Source: Dehalococcoidia bacterium
Lineage (GTDB): Bacteria; Chloroflexota; Dehalococcoidia; Lucifugimonadales; VXLM01
NCBI GenBank assembly: GCA_034421575.1
Contig: DAOUKG010000049.1
Coordinates: forward strand, 31,928-95,927
DNA length: 64,000 nt
Direction of reading: 5' to 3'
The first letter of the stretch is position 1, and the number at the start of each line of letters is the position of its first letter. Position numbers and translations under genes: made by a program. The notes below the pieces were generated by a model. That model was not told where the DNA came from. It worked only from the letters and a program-made list of their open reading frames with translations, and made no database searches. Below are positions 9,358 through 18,671 of this stretch, piece by piece.

Positions 9358-10257
9358 TTATCGAGCGCAGGCTTTCATCGACTCTTCAAGATTTTCGTTG
9401 AGGTTGCGGGCACGTCTATACGCTTCGTAGACGCAATCCAAGTCGTGGGTGTGTCGCAACTCTTCGATCCTGTTGCCGACTTCTCGGAGCTCCTGGGTCG
9501 TGATGGTGCCTTTGGGCGCACCGTCCAGACTATCCTCTGAATACTTTCTGTCGTAAAAGCTGTCGCCTTCGTGCTGCGGCAACCAACGCCATTGCTCGTC
9601 CTCCAAAAGGTTCGGCGATCGCATTTCGCTCGGCAACCTCGCGAGGAAAAAAGTCTCGATCTTTGATGAAATGTTCTCAAGCCCTTCAAGGAAGTGAATG
9701 TTGTCAAGGAATAGGACTGCTTCCCGGTCGTCAAGGTACAGGTAGTCTTGGCGGAGATTGGCAATACTTTCTGGACGGACGCATTCCGCGTCAGGATAGG
9801 TTCCGTAGTAATCCCATCCAACCTGCCAAACAACTATGTAGTCAAGAGAGACCGAACCACGGAATGCCTCGAAGGCCCTAAAGATCATCTCGATGGCCGG
9901 GTAGTGTCTCTCGCCGTCGTCATTGCTGTTTCTTATACTTGCGATGCGAGGGTGACTTGAGACCAGTTCGGCCCTCACGACTACGTCGACGTCCAAGAAC
10001 CGCTCTTCCCATGTGGGCTGGCCTTGCTCGGTTTGCTTAGCAGGAACGAAATCGGAACCCGCCAATCGCTCCCGAGCTTCCTTGCAGTGCTCCGATGTGT
10101 AGACCGGCTCGCGCGTTAGGGGTACGCTCGTTGCTGTCGCCATCCTTTCGGCGGCAGTCCAAGTTGGAGTCGGAGTTGACGAATCCGACTTGAGTTCAGG
10201 CCCACCGTCTCCGCAAGATAGCAACGCCAACAACAGTACGACTGGCATGAGCCGCAT
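9358..10257 (-). CDS. hypothetical lipoprotein
   Basis: Signal peptide with lipobox (MRLMPVVLLLALLSCGDGG). No recognisable domain. It is a distant paralog of 10387..11238. Confidence 0.6.
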   Translation of the reverse strand: MRLMPVVLLLALLSCGDGGPELKSDSSTPTPTWTAAERMATATSVPLTREPVYTSEHCKEARERLAGSDFVPAKQTEQGQPTWEERFLDVDVVVRAELVSSHPRIASIRNSNDDGERHYPAIEMIFRAFEAFRGSVSLDYIVVWQVGWDYYGTYPDAECVRPESIANLRQDYLYLDDREAVLFLDNIHFLEGLENISSKIETFFLARLPSEMRSPNLLEDEQWRWLPQHEGDSFYDRKYSEDSLDGAPKGTITTQELREVGNRIEELRHTHDLDCVYEAYRRARNLNENLEESMKACAR

Positions 10258-10386
10258 TTCGCAGTCTCAACCTTCTCCCCCTCTGTCTCAATGCAGGGTT
10301 CTGATTCTACCATCCGTTGACTGTGCGTGTATCCGTTTGTACCATTGCCTCGCATTGAGGGGGATAGCAAAACATGGAGGTGCGCC

Positions 10387-11238
10387 ATGCGCGCTGCTTT
10401 ACTACTGTTGTCACTCTCAGTGCTGGCCGGCTGTTCGTTGATACCGGTTGGGGATGCCGGAGATCGTGAATGCGTGAATTCCAGGCCTCTCCGTGCGGCT
10501 GCCCCTGCCCTCGCTCCCATTCCTCAGCCAAAACTGCTCAGTCGTACCATCGAAGAGCGCGTAGCAGGCGCAGTCGGTGTAGCGATGGTCCGTCTGGAAT
10601 CAACCACATACCAGCTACCCGACCGAGCTGCGAACAACCGCATCAATCTTGGCACCGTTACGCTCGATTTCGCCGTATTGGAGTCTCTGAAGACCGGGCG
10701 GCACGTGCCAGAGCGGGTCAGGGCGCGCATGGGTGTGGGCTACGCCTGTGAGTATATCGAGAACGACGAACGCGACATGGAAGCCCTCGCCGAGTTGAGC
10801 GCCGACCTCGAAGAGTTCTTTGGCAACAGGGAATTGATCATGTTTCTGCCGGGGTACGGCGGCTTTGGACTGACGAGGGCGATAGTCTCATACCACGAGA
10901 GGCCATGGGATAGGCTGGAAGATAGGTATAAAATGTGGGGAGCCTGGAACGACGGCTCGCAATGGCTACTGCGAGCCGAAGGCATGGGCAGCGACCAAGA
11001 CCCTCACTTCGTCGATCCTCTCGATGCCGTATATACGGTGCATGTGCCGGAGAACACCATTGCGCTGTCGGAGATCCGCGAGAGGGTGAACGCCGTGATT
11101 GCCGAAGAGGAGGAGCGAGGGGTTGAGTGCGTTGGCGCACACTACCTATATCAGTGGTATGTGAGGTCAAACGAGGAGAGCTGGTATCGCGGGCGGGTTG
11201 GGTCGGACGGAACGCCGATAGAGTGCATCGAAATCTGA
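10387..11238 (+). CDS. hypothetical lipoprotein (paralog of 9358..10257)
   Basis: Starting at ATG 10387 gives MRAALLLLSLSVLAGCSLIP, which contains a lipobox. C-terminal blocks align with the neighbour (RELIMFLP/REAVLFLD, SEIRERVNAVIAEEEE/QELREVGNRIEE, ECVGAHY/DCVYEAY). Confidence 0.6.
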   Translation: MRAALLLLSLSVLAGCSLIPVGDAGDRECVNSRPLRAAAPALAPIPQPKLLSRTIEERVAGAVGVAMVRLESTTYQLPDRAANNRINLGTVTLDFAVLESLKTGRHVPERVRARMGVGYACEYIENDERDMEALAELSADLEEFFGNRELIMFLPGYGGFGLTRAIVSYHERPWDRLEDRYKMWGAWNDGSQWLLRAEGMGSDQDPHFVDPLDAVYTVHVPENTIALSEIRERVNAVIAEEEERGVECVGAHYLYQWYVRSNEESWYRGRVGSDGTPIECIEI

Positions 11239-11698
11239 CGCGAAACGCAACGTTATTTCAATTGGGGGTGATGAGGCCGTATTCTCGACTGATCAGGGTA
11301 AGTGTTCAGTCTCCGTGAGTTGGATTGTGAAGACCCCCTCTCTGTATCTCTCCCCCGCCGGGGGAGAGATTGATGGTTGTCTGAATCTTTTCCCCGGCGG
11401 GGGAGCACCCTCACCCCAGCCCTCTCCCGCGAACGGGAGAGGGGATTAGATTCCCGCTTTCGCGGGAATGACGGTTATTCAAAGTCCTCCTTTCGCCGGT
11501 ATGACGGTTATTCAAAGGCGTTCTTTTGCGGGTATGACGGTGGCTGTGTGCGTTGTGCCCTCTCACGAAGTCTGAACAGTTACGTTGGGAGGGCGTCGGT
11601 TCTTGGTCGTGTTTTAGTGTGGTACCATGTCGGCAGCGTGGGGAGCATGGTCCTACACGACTACTCAGGCGCGTCATCGCCTGCAGCGAGGTGATCGA

Positions 11699-12238
11699 AT
11701 GATAGGCAGAATGCTGGGCGCGGCCCGGTTGGATGTTGCCACGTACGAAGATGTGGAGGCGGACGGCAAAGCCACCATACAGGCGCTGATCGTGGTGATT
11801 GTCGTCACCATCGCGAGTGTGGTTGGCGAGATGCTGGGTGGCGGAGATAACTTCGACGTGGTCAATGCGCTGGTCATCGGAGTAATCCGAGGAGTGGTGA
11901 GTTGGGCAGTCTGGGCGCTGGTAACGTGGATGATCGGCGCCACGATATTGAAGACGGAAGCGACCGAAGCGGACTGGGGACAACTGGCTCGATGCACAGG
12001 TTTCGCCCAGACGCCGGGGCTTCTGAACTTGTTCAGTTTCGTACCGGCAGTCGGGGGACTCGTTACGATCGTGGCATTTCTGTGGACGTTCGCGGCCATG
12101 GTCGTCGGCGTTCGGCAGAGCTTGGACTACACGTCGACCTTCAGGGCTTTCTTCGTGATCCTGATCGCGTTCATCCCGGTGGGCATCATAAACATCGTCA
12201 TCTACATGGTCACGGGCGGGAACGTCTCGGCGTCGTAG
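11699..12238 (+). CDS. Yip1-domain membrane protein
   Basis: MIGRMLGAARLDVATYEDVEADGKATIQAL is followed by about 5 TM helices, the typical bacterial Yip1 layout. I prefer the ATG at 11699 over the longer ORF, which runs into repeats. Confidence 0.65.
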   Translation: MIGRMLGAARLDVATYEDVEADGKATIQALIVVIVVTIASVVGEMLGGGDNFDVVNALVIGVIRGVVSWAVWALVTWMIGATILKTEATEADWGQLARCTGFAQTPGLLNLFSFVPAVGGLVTIVAFLWTFAAMVVGVRQSLDYTSTFRAFFVILIAFIPVGIINIVIYMVTGGNVSAS

Positions 12239-12332
12239 GGTCCGGCCTTATACCCAATTGGGTGTGATGAGGCCGTATTCTCGCTGACTGGGTAAGTGTT
12301 CAGTCACCGTGAGTTGGATTGCGAAGACCCCC

Positions 12333-12510
12333 CTCTCTGTATCTCTCCCCCGGCGGGGGAGAGATTGTGGTTGTCTGAATCTATTCCCCGGTGGGGGAGA
12401 GATTGTGGTTGTCTGAGTCTATTCCCTAGTGGGGGAGAGATTGTGGTTGTGTATCCCCCAGCGGGGGAGAGATTATGGTTGTCTGAATCTTTGCCCTCGT
12501 GGGGCAGCAC
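12333..12510. repeat. tandem array of four hairpin units of about 40 bp (TCTCCCCC-NGN-GGGGGAGAGATTGTGGTTGTCTGA)
   Basis: Read directly. The units are contiguous with no unique spacers. Two-unit versions occur near 6828..6900 and 11340..11405. Confidence 0.85.
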
Positions 12511-12713
12511 CCTCATCCCCGTATCGAGTACGGGGCGGGCTCTACGCCGGAATGACGGGTTAGGGATACTGTGTCACGTGGTTTGCGGTGTAATCACAAC
12601 GCCATTGGCATAGGTCTCGATTCTCAGGCCTCTTATCCAGTCCCTGATACCCCGCATCACCCCAAAAAACATGAGCCTCCCCACCGTGCAGCAATCGAGG
12701 CGTTTGTGTCACG

Positions 12714-13631
12714 TCATGCACGTTCTGGCGGTTGCCGAACGCGTACGGCATAAGCTATCAGGATTACCAAAACGAGCGAGAGGATCCAGATCATGATCCC
12801 GAGTACGGGGGGAACGAACTCGGTTACTTCGAGATCGTGACCAGCCCAGATCCGCAGAGTTATGTAGACCGGCAACAACCCGCTCATCCCGAACAGCGTG
12901 AGGATCGTTTCCCTATATGAGCCACAGGCGGGGTCAAAGCGTGGCAACACCTGACTCGTGAAGCGGTCAATTGCGTCGCTGAATACAGCGACATTCAAAG
13001 AGCCCCCCCGGTGCTTGAAGTCAGTCTCCTGCGGCCCGCCAGCCATATCAAGCCGAGACAGCACCCAAACAGCGAAAAGCGTTACCAAGAGGGTAATGAC
13101 AACCAAATCCCAAGCGACCGGCCCGCCTACAAACCTAGCAAAGACGAGGTTCGGCATGAGCAAACCTAAACCATTGAAGACGGTTGCCAACCCTATTAGC
13201 ACGAGTGCGTGATTGAAGCTGGTTGTGGACGCCTGTCTCGCGAACCAAACCAGTATCGCGTTTGATGCAAGAAATGTTCCCAAACTCCACCACGATGCTG
13301 AAACTACCGACGATTGTTCAATATCCGCCACGTCAAGGACCAGATAGTCAACAGTGGCGACGGCTTCGTATACGAACGCAAAGCCCCACAACAGAGACAG
13401 GGTAGTCCTCCCCAAGCGACGTACACGGAAGTAGAGGATGCCTAGAAGTACCAGCGAGACGTTTAGAAGCGGCGCTGTATATGAAGGGGAAGAATCAACG
13501 TCGAAGGTGATGTTGAAATTGCCGAAAACATGAGTGAGAAGCCACCAACTCGTTTGTTCAACGAGCGTGATGCCTATGAAAAGCATCAGTTCCCATCGAT
13601 ATCGTGATGCTAAATGAGTCAGTGTCGCCAT
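12714..13631 (-). CDS. hypothetical multi-pass membrane protein (paralog A)
   Basis: 305 aa with about 8 hydrophobic segments. The N-terminus MATLTHLASRYRWELML and the C-terminus AYAVRVRQPPER are shared with 13781..14725. Confidence 0.65.
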   Translation of the reverse strand: MATLTHLASRYRWELMLFIGITLVEQTSWWLLTHVFGNFNITFDVDSSPSYTAPLLNVSLVLLGILYFRVRRLGRTTLSLLWGFAFVYEAVATVDYLVLDVADIEQSSVVSASWWSLGTFLASNAILVWFARQASTTSFNHALVLIGLATVFNGLGLLMPNLVFARFVGGPVAWDLVVITLLVTLFAVWVLSRLDMAGGPQETDFKHRGGSLNVAVFSDAIDRFTSQVLPRFDPACGSYRETILTLFGMSGLLPVYITLRIWAGHDLEVTEFVPPVLGIMIWILSLVLVILIAYAVRVRQPPERA

Positions 13632-13780
13632 TCTCGGCTTCCTCTTACGGCCCTATCACCCGCGTCGGCCCGCTAGTGATACCACCCTTCGCCTGCGATG
13701 TACAGGCGCGTGCCACCTTCGCTGCCGCTTCCGGAGATACAGGTTCTTCCCGGAAAGCGTCTGCTGTGCACGAGCAAGGT

Positions 13781-14725
13781 CTAAGCTGTTGCCGACGGTT
13801 CGATTGTCCCCGGTCGTTCCGGCGGCTGACGAACACGTACCGCGTAGGCGAGGCCTATGATCAAAGCTGTCTCGACTGCCCACCACAAAAGCTGAATTGC
13901 CGAGAACGCGAAGACATCAGTGAGTTCCGGACCTTCGCCAATCCAGGGTCCGAATTTTGAGCCGACACGCAGTAGACAGCTCAGACTCAACAGGGCGATG
14001 ATCACCTCTTTGTACCTGCCTCGATCGGGGTCAAATCTCGGCAAAACTCGGCTCATCAAGAATTTCACCGTGCCTCCGAAAAAGGAGACGTCCCTGGGGG
14101 CGCTACGTTTGGCGGCAGTAACGTCTGAATCGTCAACACTGTGAAGCCGCGTCAACACCCACAACGCGAAGAGCTTCAGTACGGCATTGAGAATGGCGGT
14201 CTCCCAGGAGAATATCCAGCCGTCCAGTGTGGGGAAAGGAACGAAAGGTATGAGGATGCCCGAGCCATTGAGGGCTGTCGACAGGGCTATAAGCAGGAGT
14301 GCGTGGTTGAAGCTGAACCTTGACGCCAGTCTTGCGAACCAGACCAACACGATGATTGATACCAGTAACTCTACACCCGTCCACCAAAATGACCAAACCA
14401 CAAACAACTGCACTACCTCATCGATCATCACGCTAAAGAATAGATCGACTATCATGCTGGATACTGCGAATACCAACACGTAGGCCCACGCCAAGGTCAG
14501 CATGGATCTGCCTAAGGCACGTACATGGAAGTAGAAGATGGCCAGCAGAATCGGCTGGACGATCGAGAGTAGCCCTAAAGCGAGTGTGCTGGCGTCAAGT
14601 AAGGCGTCGAGTGCGATCAGAGGGACAATCAGCAATAGCCCGATCACGCCCGACACGAACGGGATGACAAGGACCAGCATCAGTTCCCATCGATAGCGTG
14701 ATGCTAAATGAGTGAGTGTCGCCAT
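13781..14725 (-). CDS. hypothetical multi-pass membrane protein (paralog B)
   Basis: 314 aa with the same termini and topology as paralog A. AAGAGGAAG lies upstream of the ATG in both copies. Confidence 0.65.
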   Translation of the reverse strand: MATLTHLASRYRWELMLVLVIPFVSGVIGLLLIVPLIALDALLDASTLALGLLSIVQPILLAIFYFHVRALGRSMLTLAWAYVLVFAVSSMIVDLFFSVMIDEVVQLFVVWSFWWTGVELLVSIIVLVWFARLASRFSFNHALLLIALSTALNGSGILIPFVPFPTLDGWIFSWETAILNAVLKLFALWVLTRLHSVDDSDVTAAKRSAPRDVSFFGGTVKFLMSRVLPRFDPDRGRYKEVIIALLSLSCLLRVGSKFGPWIGEGPELTDVFAFSAIQLLWWAVETALIIGLAYAVRVRQPPERPGTIEPSATA

Positions 14726-15013
14726 TCTCGGCTTCCTCTTACGGCCCTATCGTTCGCGTCGGTCCGCTAGTGATATCACCCTTCGCCTGTTATGTACAGG
14801 CGCCGTGGTGAGTGCTCAGAGTTCATAGGGTGAACATCCCCCACCCCTATGGATACCCGCCCCGTATTGTGGTACGGGGTGACGGTATGACGGTGGCTGT
14901 GTGCGTTGATCGCTCTCACCGATTCTGAATAGTTAGGTACCGTGCATCCGAGTTTGACACCCTGCATCCCATCTGAGAGCATACTTCAAACCTACGGGAG
15001 GCTCGCTATAGCC

Positions 15014-16273
15014 ATGCCCAAGCCGATCAGCCACGTCGTTCGCCGACCGGGGCCGCGTCCCGGAGACCCCGATGTCGAGATTCCCGTCGCCGAAGACCTC
15101 GTGACCGTGCCCGGCCACCCGGTGCGCGAGGCCGACATTTCCTTCTACGCCCGCGAGGAGCCGCTGGAGCAGTGGCACATGGAGAAGGGGGCCGACCGCG
15201 ACTGGGCTTGGACGGTCTACTCCGACGAGTTCTCCGAGTTCCGCAAGGAGCATGACAGCACTGTCAGGCCGCTCGTGGCGGAGTCGAGAGAGACCGCCGA
15301 AATCGAGCCGACGGGCGAGCCGGATGACACCATCGACGTGACCGAGACGATTCGCGCCAAGGGGAAGGAGCTCGGATTCGGCGAGGTGGGGTTCACCCGG
15401 TACGACAGGCGGTACACGTACAAGAGCAAGAAGGGCTGGGTGAAGTTCAACAACGCCATCTGCCTCGCGTGGGAGCAGGACTACGACGCGACCCAGTCTA
15501 CGATCAGCATGGCGGCGGAGCACGCGCACTATGGCGCGTACGAGGTCATGGGCGAGGCGGGCCTGCGGCTCGGCGACTTCATCCGCACCCTCGGCTACCG
15601 CGCCCAAGTACACAACCCGAACGACGCGAGCGCGCCGACCATCCCGTATTTCGTCAACGCGGGACTTGGGCAGCTCGGGGCAAACGGGCAGTTGCTGATG
15701 CCGCACTTCGGGTCGCGCGCGCGGCTCATGATGATCACCACCGACGCGCCCGTGCGCCACGACGAGCCGGTCGACTACGGCATCAACAAGTTCTGCGACA
15801 AGTGCCAGGTCTGCGTCCAGCGGTGTCCGGCGCGGGCGCTCGTGCGCGAAAAAGTGTGGTGGCGCGGCGCACTCAAGAACAAGGTCATCTACGACCGCTG
15901 CCGTCCCCTGATGGTCAAGCTGGACGGGTGCGGCGTCTGCATGAAGGTCTGCCCCGTGCAGAAGTACGGCATGAAGCCGGTCATGGAGCACTACGTCGAG
16001 ACCGGCGAGGTGCTCGGCAAGGGGACAGACGACCTCGAAGGGTTCCCGGTGCCCGACGGCCGGTACTTCGGCTCCGGCGAGCTTCCTCACTTCGACCGCG
16101 AGTTCTTCGACTTCCCGCACGGCACCCGCGAGCAGTGGCTATTCGAGCAGCTCAAGGAGCGAATGGACGCCGGCGAAGAGGTGACGGAAGAGGAGTTGGC
16201 CGAGTTCGCCGAGCAGGTCAGGGAAGCCGTCGGTCAGACCAAGCAGGGCTGGGGCAGCACGACGGACGATTAG
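15014..16273 (+). CDS. reductive dehalogenase / epoxyqueuosine reductase (QueG)-like iron-sulfur protein, cytoplasmic type
   Basis: NAGLGQLGANGQLLMPHFGSRARLMMITTDAPVRHDEPVDYGINKFCDKCQVCVQRCPARAL plus a second cluster (CGVCMKVCPVQ) matches the RdhA/QueG core followed by 2x[4Fe-4S]. There is no twin-arginine signal. The ATG at 15014 is preceded by GGGAGG. Confidence 0.65.
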   Translation: MPKPISHVVRRPGPRPGDPDVEIPVAEDLVTVPGHPVREADISFYAREEPLEQWHMEKGADRDWAWTVYSDEFSEFRKEHDSTVRPLVAESRETAEIEPTGEPDDTIDVTETIRAKGKELGFGEVGFTRYDRRYTYKSKKGWVKFNNAICLAWEQDYDATQSTISMAAEHAHYGAYEVMGEAGLRLGDFIRTLGYRAQVHNPNDASAPTIPYFVNAGLGQLGANGQLLMPHFGSRARLMMITTDAPVRHDEPVDYGINKFCDKCQVCVQRCPARALVREKVWWRGALKNKVIYDRCRPLMVKLDGCGVCMKVCPVQKYGMKPVMEHYVETGEVLGKGTDDLEGFPVPDGRYFGSGELPHFDREFFDFPHGTREQWLFEQLKERMDAGEEVTEEELAEFAEQVREAVGQTKQGWGSTTDD

Positions 16274-16534
16274 GGGGTGTGTGCGTCGGTCCGTTCGCGC
16301 TGAGCAGCGTTGCGCCCACACGCCCTTCGACAGGCTCAGGCCGAACGTACTTTCTCGTGGTTGCACGGCAGTTACTGACACCCCTGCACGGCCGCGATCG
16401 GCCTGAGTTTGTCGAAGGGCCAATGCACAGGTGTGTATACGAGAGTATAGGCTGCCAGATATACACCCCTTGTATTCCCAGAATACTGGGGTATTATGGA
16501 AATGGACGTTCCGAGTACCCCCGGACCGTATCAC

Positions 16535-16567
16535 CTGCGAAGCCTGCGGCTTCGCAGTTTTGTTTTT
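16535..16567 (+). terminator. rho-independent terminator
   Basis: CTGCGAAGCC-TGC-GGCTTCGCAG, a perfect 10-bp stem, is followed by TTTTGTTTTT. Confidence 0.7.
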
Positions 16568-16677
16568 CCGCGGAGAGACCTATGAAGTGGCTACCATCAT
16601 CGTATAAACCATCTCGGGGATAGCGCTTTCGAAACTATTGCGGATCCAATCGAATCATTTGATTAAGGAGAAAAACA

Positions 16678-16911
16678 TTGGAGCGGGTAAGAAATATAAC
16701 CCACTTGCGTCGTCTCATGCGAGGGAGAGATGTTTGGATACAGGCAGACGTCCCCGGTGGCACTTATGATGTGCCGGTTCCGAAATCGACTGCCGAATAT
16801 CTATGGAGAATTACTGAGTGGGAAGATTTCCATTTGGAGTACGAGAAACCAACACCCGGTGATCTCGACCTGTTTTGCGAACCAGGGGAACTAGGCGAAT
16901 CTTCCAGCTAG
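16678..16911 (+). CDS. hypothetical small protein (AT-rich islet)
   Basis: 77 aa, TTG start preceded by AAGGAG. No recognisable motif. Confidence 0.35.
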   Translation: MERVRNITHLRRLMRGRDVWIQADVPGGTYDVPVPKSTAEYLWRITEWEDFHLEYEKPTPGDLDLFCEPGELGESSS

Positions 16912-17011
16912 TCAGTGTGGGAGAATATGACTGCATAATCCCTCCAACGCAGTTGATACTCCTCACACGTCAAAAAAAGCCAATTATGATTGCGAATGAA
17001 AGGAGAAGAAA

Positions 17012-17593
17012 ATGGGTAACTCGGTACCAGAGGCGTTCATCTTTATGAAGGTGGTGAGGGAATACGATGGAAAGACTCTCGATAAGATTGTGGAACGAAA
17101 GCAACGTGAACTGAACGACGTGGGAATGACTTACTGGGGCTATGGTGGGACCATTCTTGACCCCACGAAACAGGTTCAGCCCTTTGTAGGGCGGTGGTTC
17201 AGAGAGCAGGAGCCCATCTACTTGTTGATGCACCGAACAAAAGGCAAATTCAAGTCAGAAGCTTCTCCAGCCAAGGCCACCCGATACTCCGTAGCCAAGA
17301 AAGATGAGAAAAGTTGGGAAGACATCCCACCTGGAATCCATCTCCAGCGCACAAAGTGCGCCTTGGTGCTCGACGAGATAATAGAGCTAACGCCACATCA
17401 GGAACTTAACCTTCGAGATTACGAGGTTGGTATCGGGCCAAGCTGTGGAAACAACGCCGCCGAGTACCTGAAGGCGCCAAATAGCAAGGGGTGCTTTGTG
17501 AAGGCGGAGTCAAGGTATCTTGGCCCTGCTGTGGAGGCGTGCATCACATACCTTGCCCGTCTGAAATTTCCGTACGCAGTCTTCCTCGGATAG
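17012..17593 (+). CDS. hypothetical protein (AT-rich islet)
   Basis: 193 aa with a strong RBS (GAAAGGAGAAG). The composition looks like a real coding region. No family recognised. Confidence 0.55.
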   Translation: MGNSVPEAFIFMKVVREYDGKTLDKIVERKQRELNDVGMTYWGYGGTILDPTKQVQPFVGRWFREQEPIYLLMHRTKGKFKSEASPAKATRYSVAKKDEKSWEDIPPGIHLQRTKCALVLDEIIELTPHQELNLRDYEVGIGPSCGNNAAEYLKAPNSKGCFVKAESRYLGPAVEACITYLARLKFPYAVFLG

Positions 17594-17603
17594 GCCCCGC
17601 AAC

Positions 17604-18671
17604 CTACAGCGGTGGTTCCTGGTACTCCCTGTCCTTTCGGTATACCACGAGCCTGCTCAATGCGTCGGTGATGAAGATGCGGTTCTGGTCGTCGATGTCG
17701 ATGCCGACGGGCCGAGAGAACCTGTTGAGGAACTCAATGGGGGCGTCGTTGTGGTTGAGGCGCTTGATGCTTTCCGGGTCGCGGTCCAGGGCGTACTGGC
17801 CTGCCTTTGAGAGTTCGTGCATGTCTCCATACAGAGCGGTGAGGACTTCGCCGTCCGGCTCGTAGATCTGGACACGCCGGTTGCCCCAGTCGGTGACGTA
17901 GACGTCGCCGTCGCTGTCGACGGCCACGCCGGAAGGGTTGCACAGCGAGGATGGCGACCCGTTCTGCGAGCCGAAGGACATGAGGTGCTCGCCGTCCGGG
18001 CTGAACTTCTGGACGCGGTTGTTGCCCCAGTCGGCGACGTAGACAGCACCCTCGCAGTCGATGGTGATGCCCCACGGCCGGTTGAACTCTCCCTGAGAGT
18101 TTCCGGGTGAACCCCACGATTTGAGGTAGTCGCCCGTCCTCGTAAACACCTGGACGCGGTTGTTCATGCTGTCGACGATGTAGAGGTCGTCGTTGGAGTC
18201 GAAGGCGATCCCTGCGGGGCCGTTGAGCATCCCAGGCTCGGAGCCCTTCGTGCCCCACCGGTCGATGTACTCCCCATCGGCGCCTTGTTGGGGGAATGCC
18301 ACGATTCCCTCCGGGTCGAATGCCGATATCGTGCATTCGTACTCGTCTGAGGCGAAGACGGTCCCGTCGGTCTTCGAGATGGCGATGCCGACGGGCCAGG
18401 TGAAGCCTCCGCGAGCGAAGTCTCCTATGTGGTCCTCGTCGATGGTCGTCTTGCTGATGCGAAGGTAGGCGTCGTAGCTGCGGATTTCCAGCTTGGGATA
18501 GCCCCAGCCCCGACTGATGACGAAGAGGATGTCGTCGCCCGCCGCCGCGACGTCCATCGGGTAGCAGTACCCGCCCGTCCTGCCGAACTTGCTCTGGTTG
18601 TGCTCGGCCGTCTGCCGCCCGAGGTTATGGCTGTAGTGCCACGTCCGTCCCGCCGCCGTGGTCGTGATCAT
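17604..18671 (-). CDS. NHL repeat-containing protein (six-bladed beta-propeller), paralog 1 of 3
   Basis: Repeated blocks F(N/D)RPWGI(T/A)ID..G.VYVADWGN.RVQ(K/I)F are typical NHL blades. 355 aa, no signal peptide. Confidence 0.85.
   Translation of the reverse strand: MITTTAAGRTWHYSHNLGRQTAEHNQSKFGRTGGYCYPMDVAAAGDDILFVISRGWGYPKLEIRSYDAYLRISKTTIDEDHIGDFARGGFTWPVGIAISKTDGTVFASDEYECTISAFDPEGIVAFPQQGADGEYIDRWGTKGSEPGMLNGPAGIAFDSNDDLYIVDSMNNRVQVFTRTGDYLKSWGSPGNSQGEFNRPWGITIDCEGAVYVADWGNNRVQKFSPDGEHLMSFGSQNGSPSSLCNPSGVAVDSDGDVYVTDWGNRRVQIYEPDGEVLTALYGDMHELSKAGQYALDRDPESIKRLNHNDAPIEFLNRFSRPVGIDIDDQNRIFITDALSRLVVYRKDREYQEPPL

Noticed and set aside
11377-11694. Small ORFs lying entirely in repeat modules (also 8025..8276, 12296..12613, 20177..20440, 42289..42534, 30576..30863)
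   Set aside because: Their translations are concatenations of recurrent repeat peptides (LTPALSRERERGLDSRFRGNDG and similar) that appear in several frames and orientations. They are artefacts of the palindromic modules.
12333-12510. Regularly spaced units of about 40 bp that superficially resemble a small CRISPR array
   Set aside because: The units abut one another with no unique spacers. Each unit is itself a palindrome belonging to a dispersed module family (also at 6828 and 11349). No cas genes are present.
17734-18336. Arg/Pro-rich alternative-frame ORFs inside the NHL genes (also 17657..18049, 20339..20980, 19362..19910)
   Set aside because: They overlap strongly supported NHL coding frames, have extreme composition and lack RBSs.
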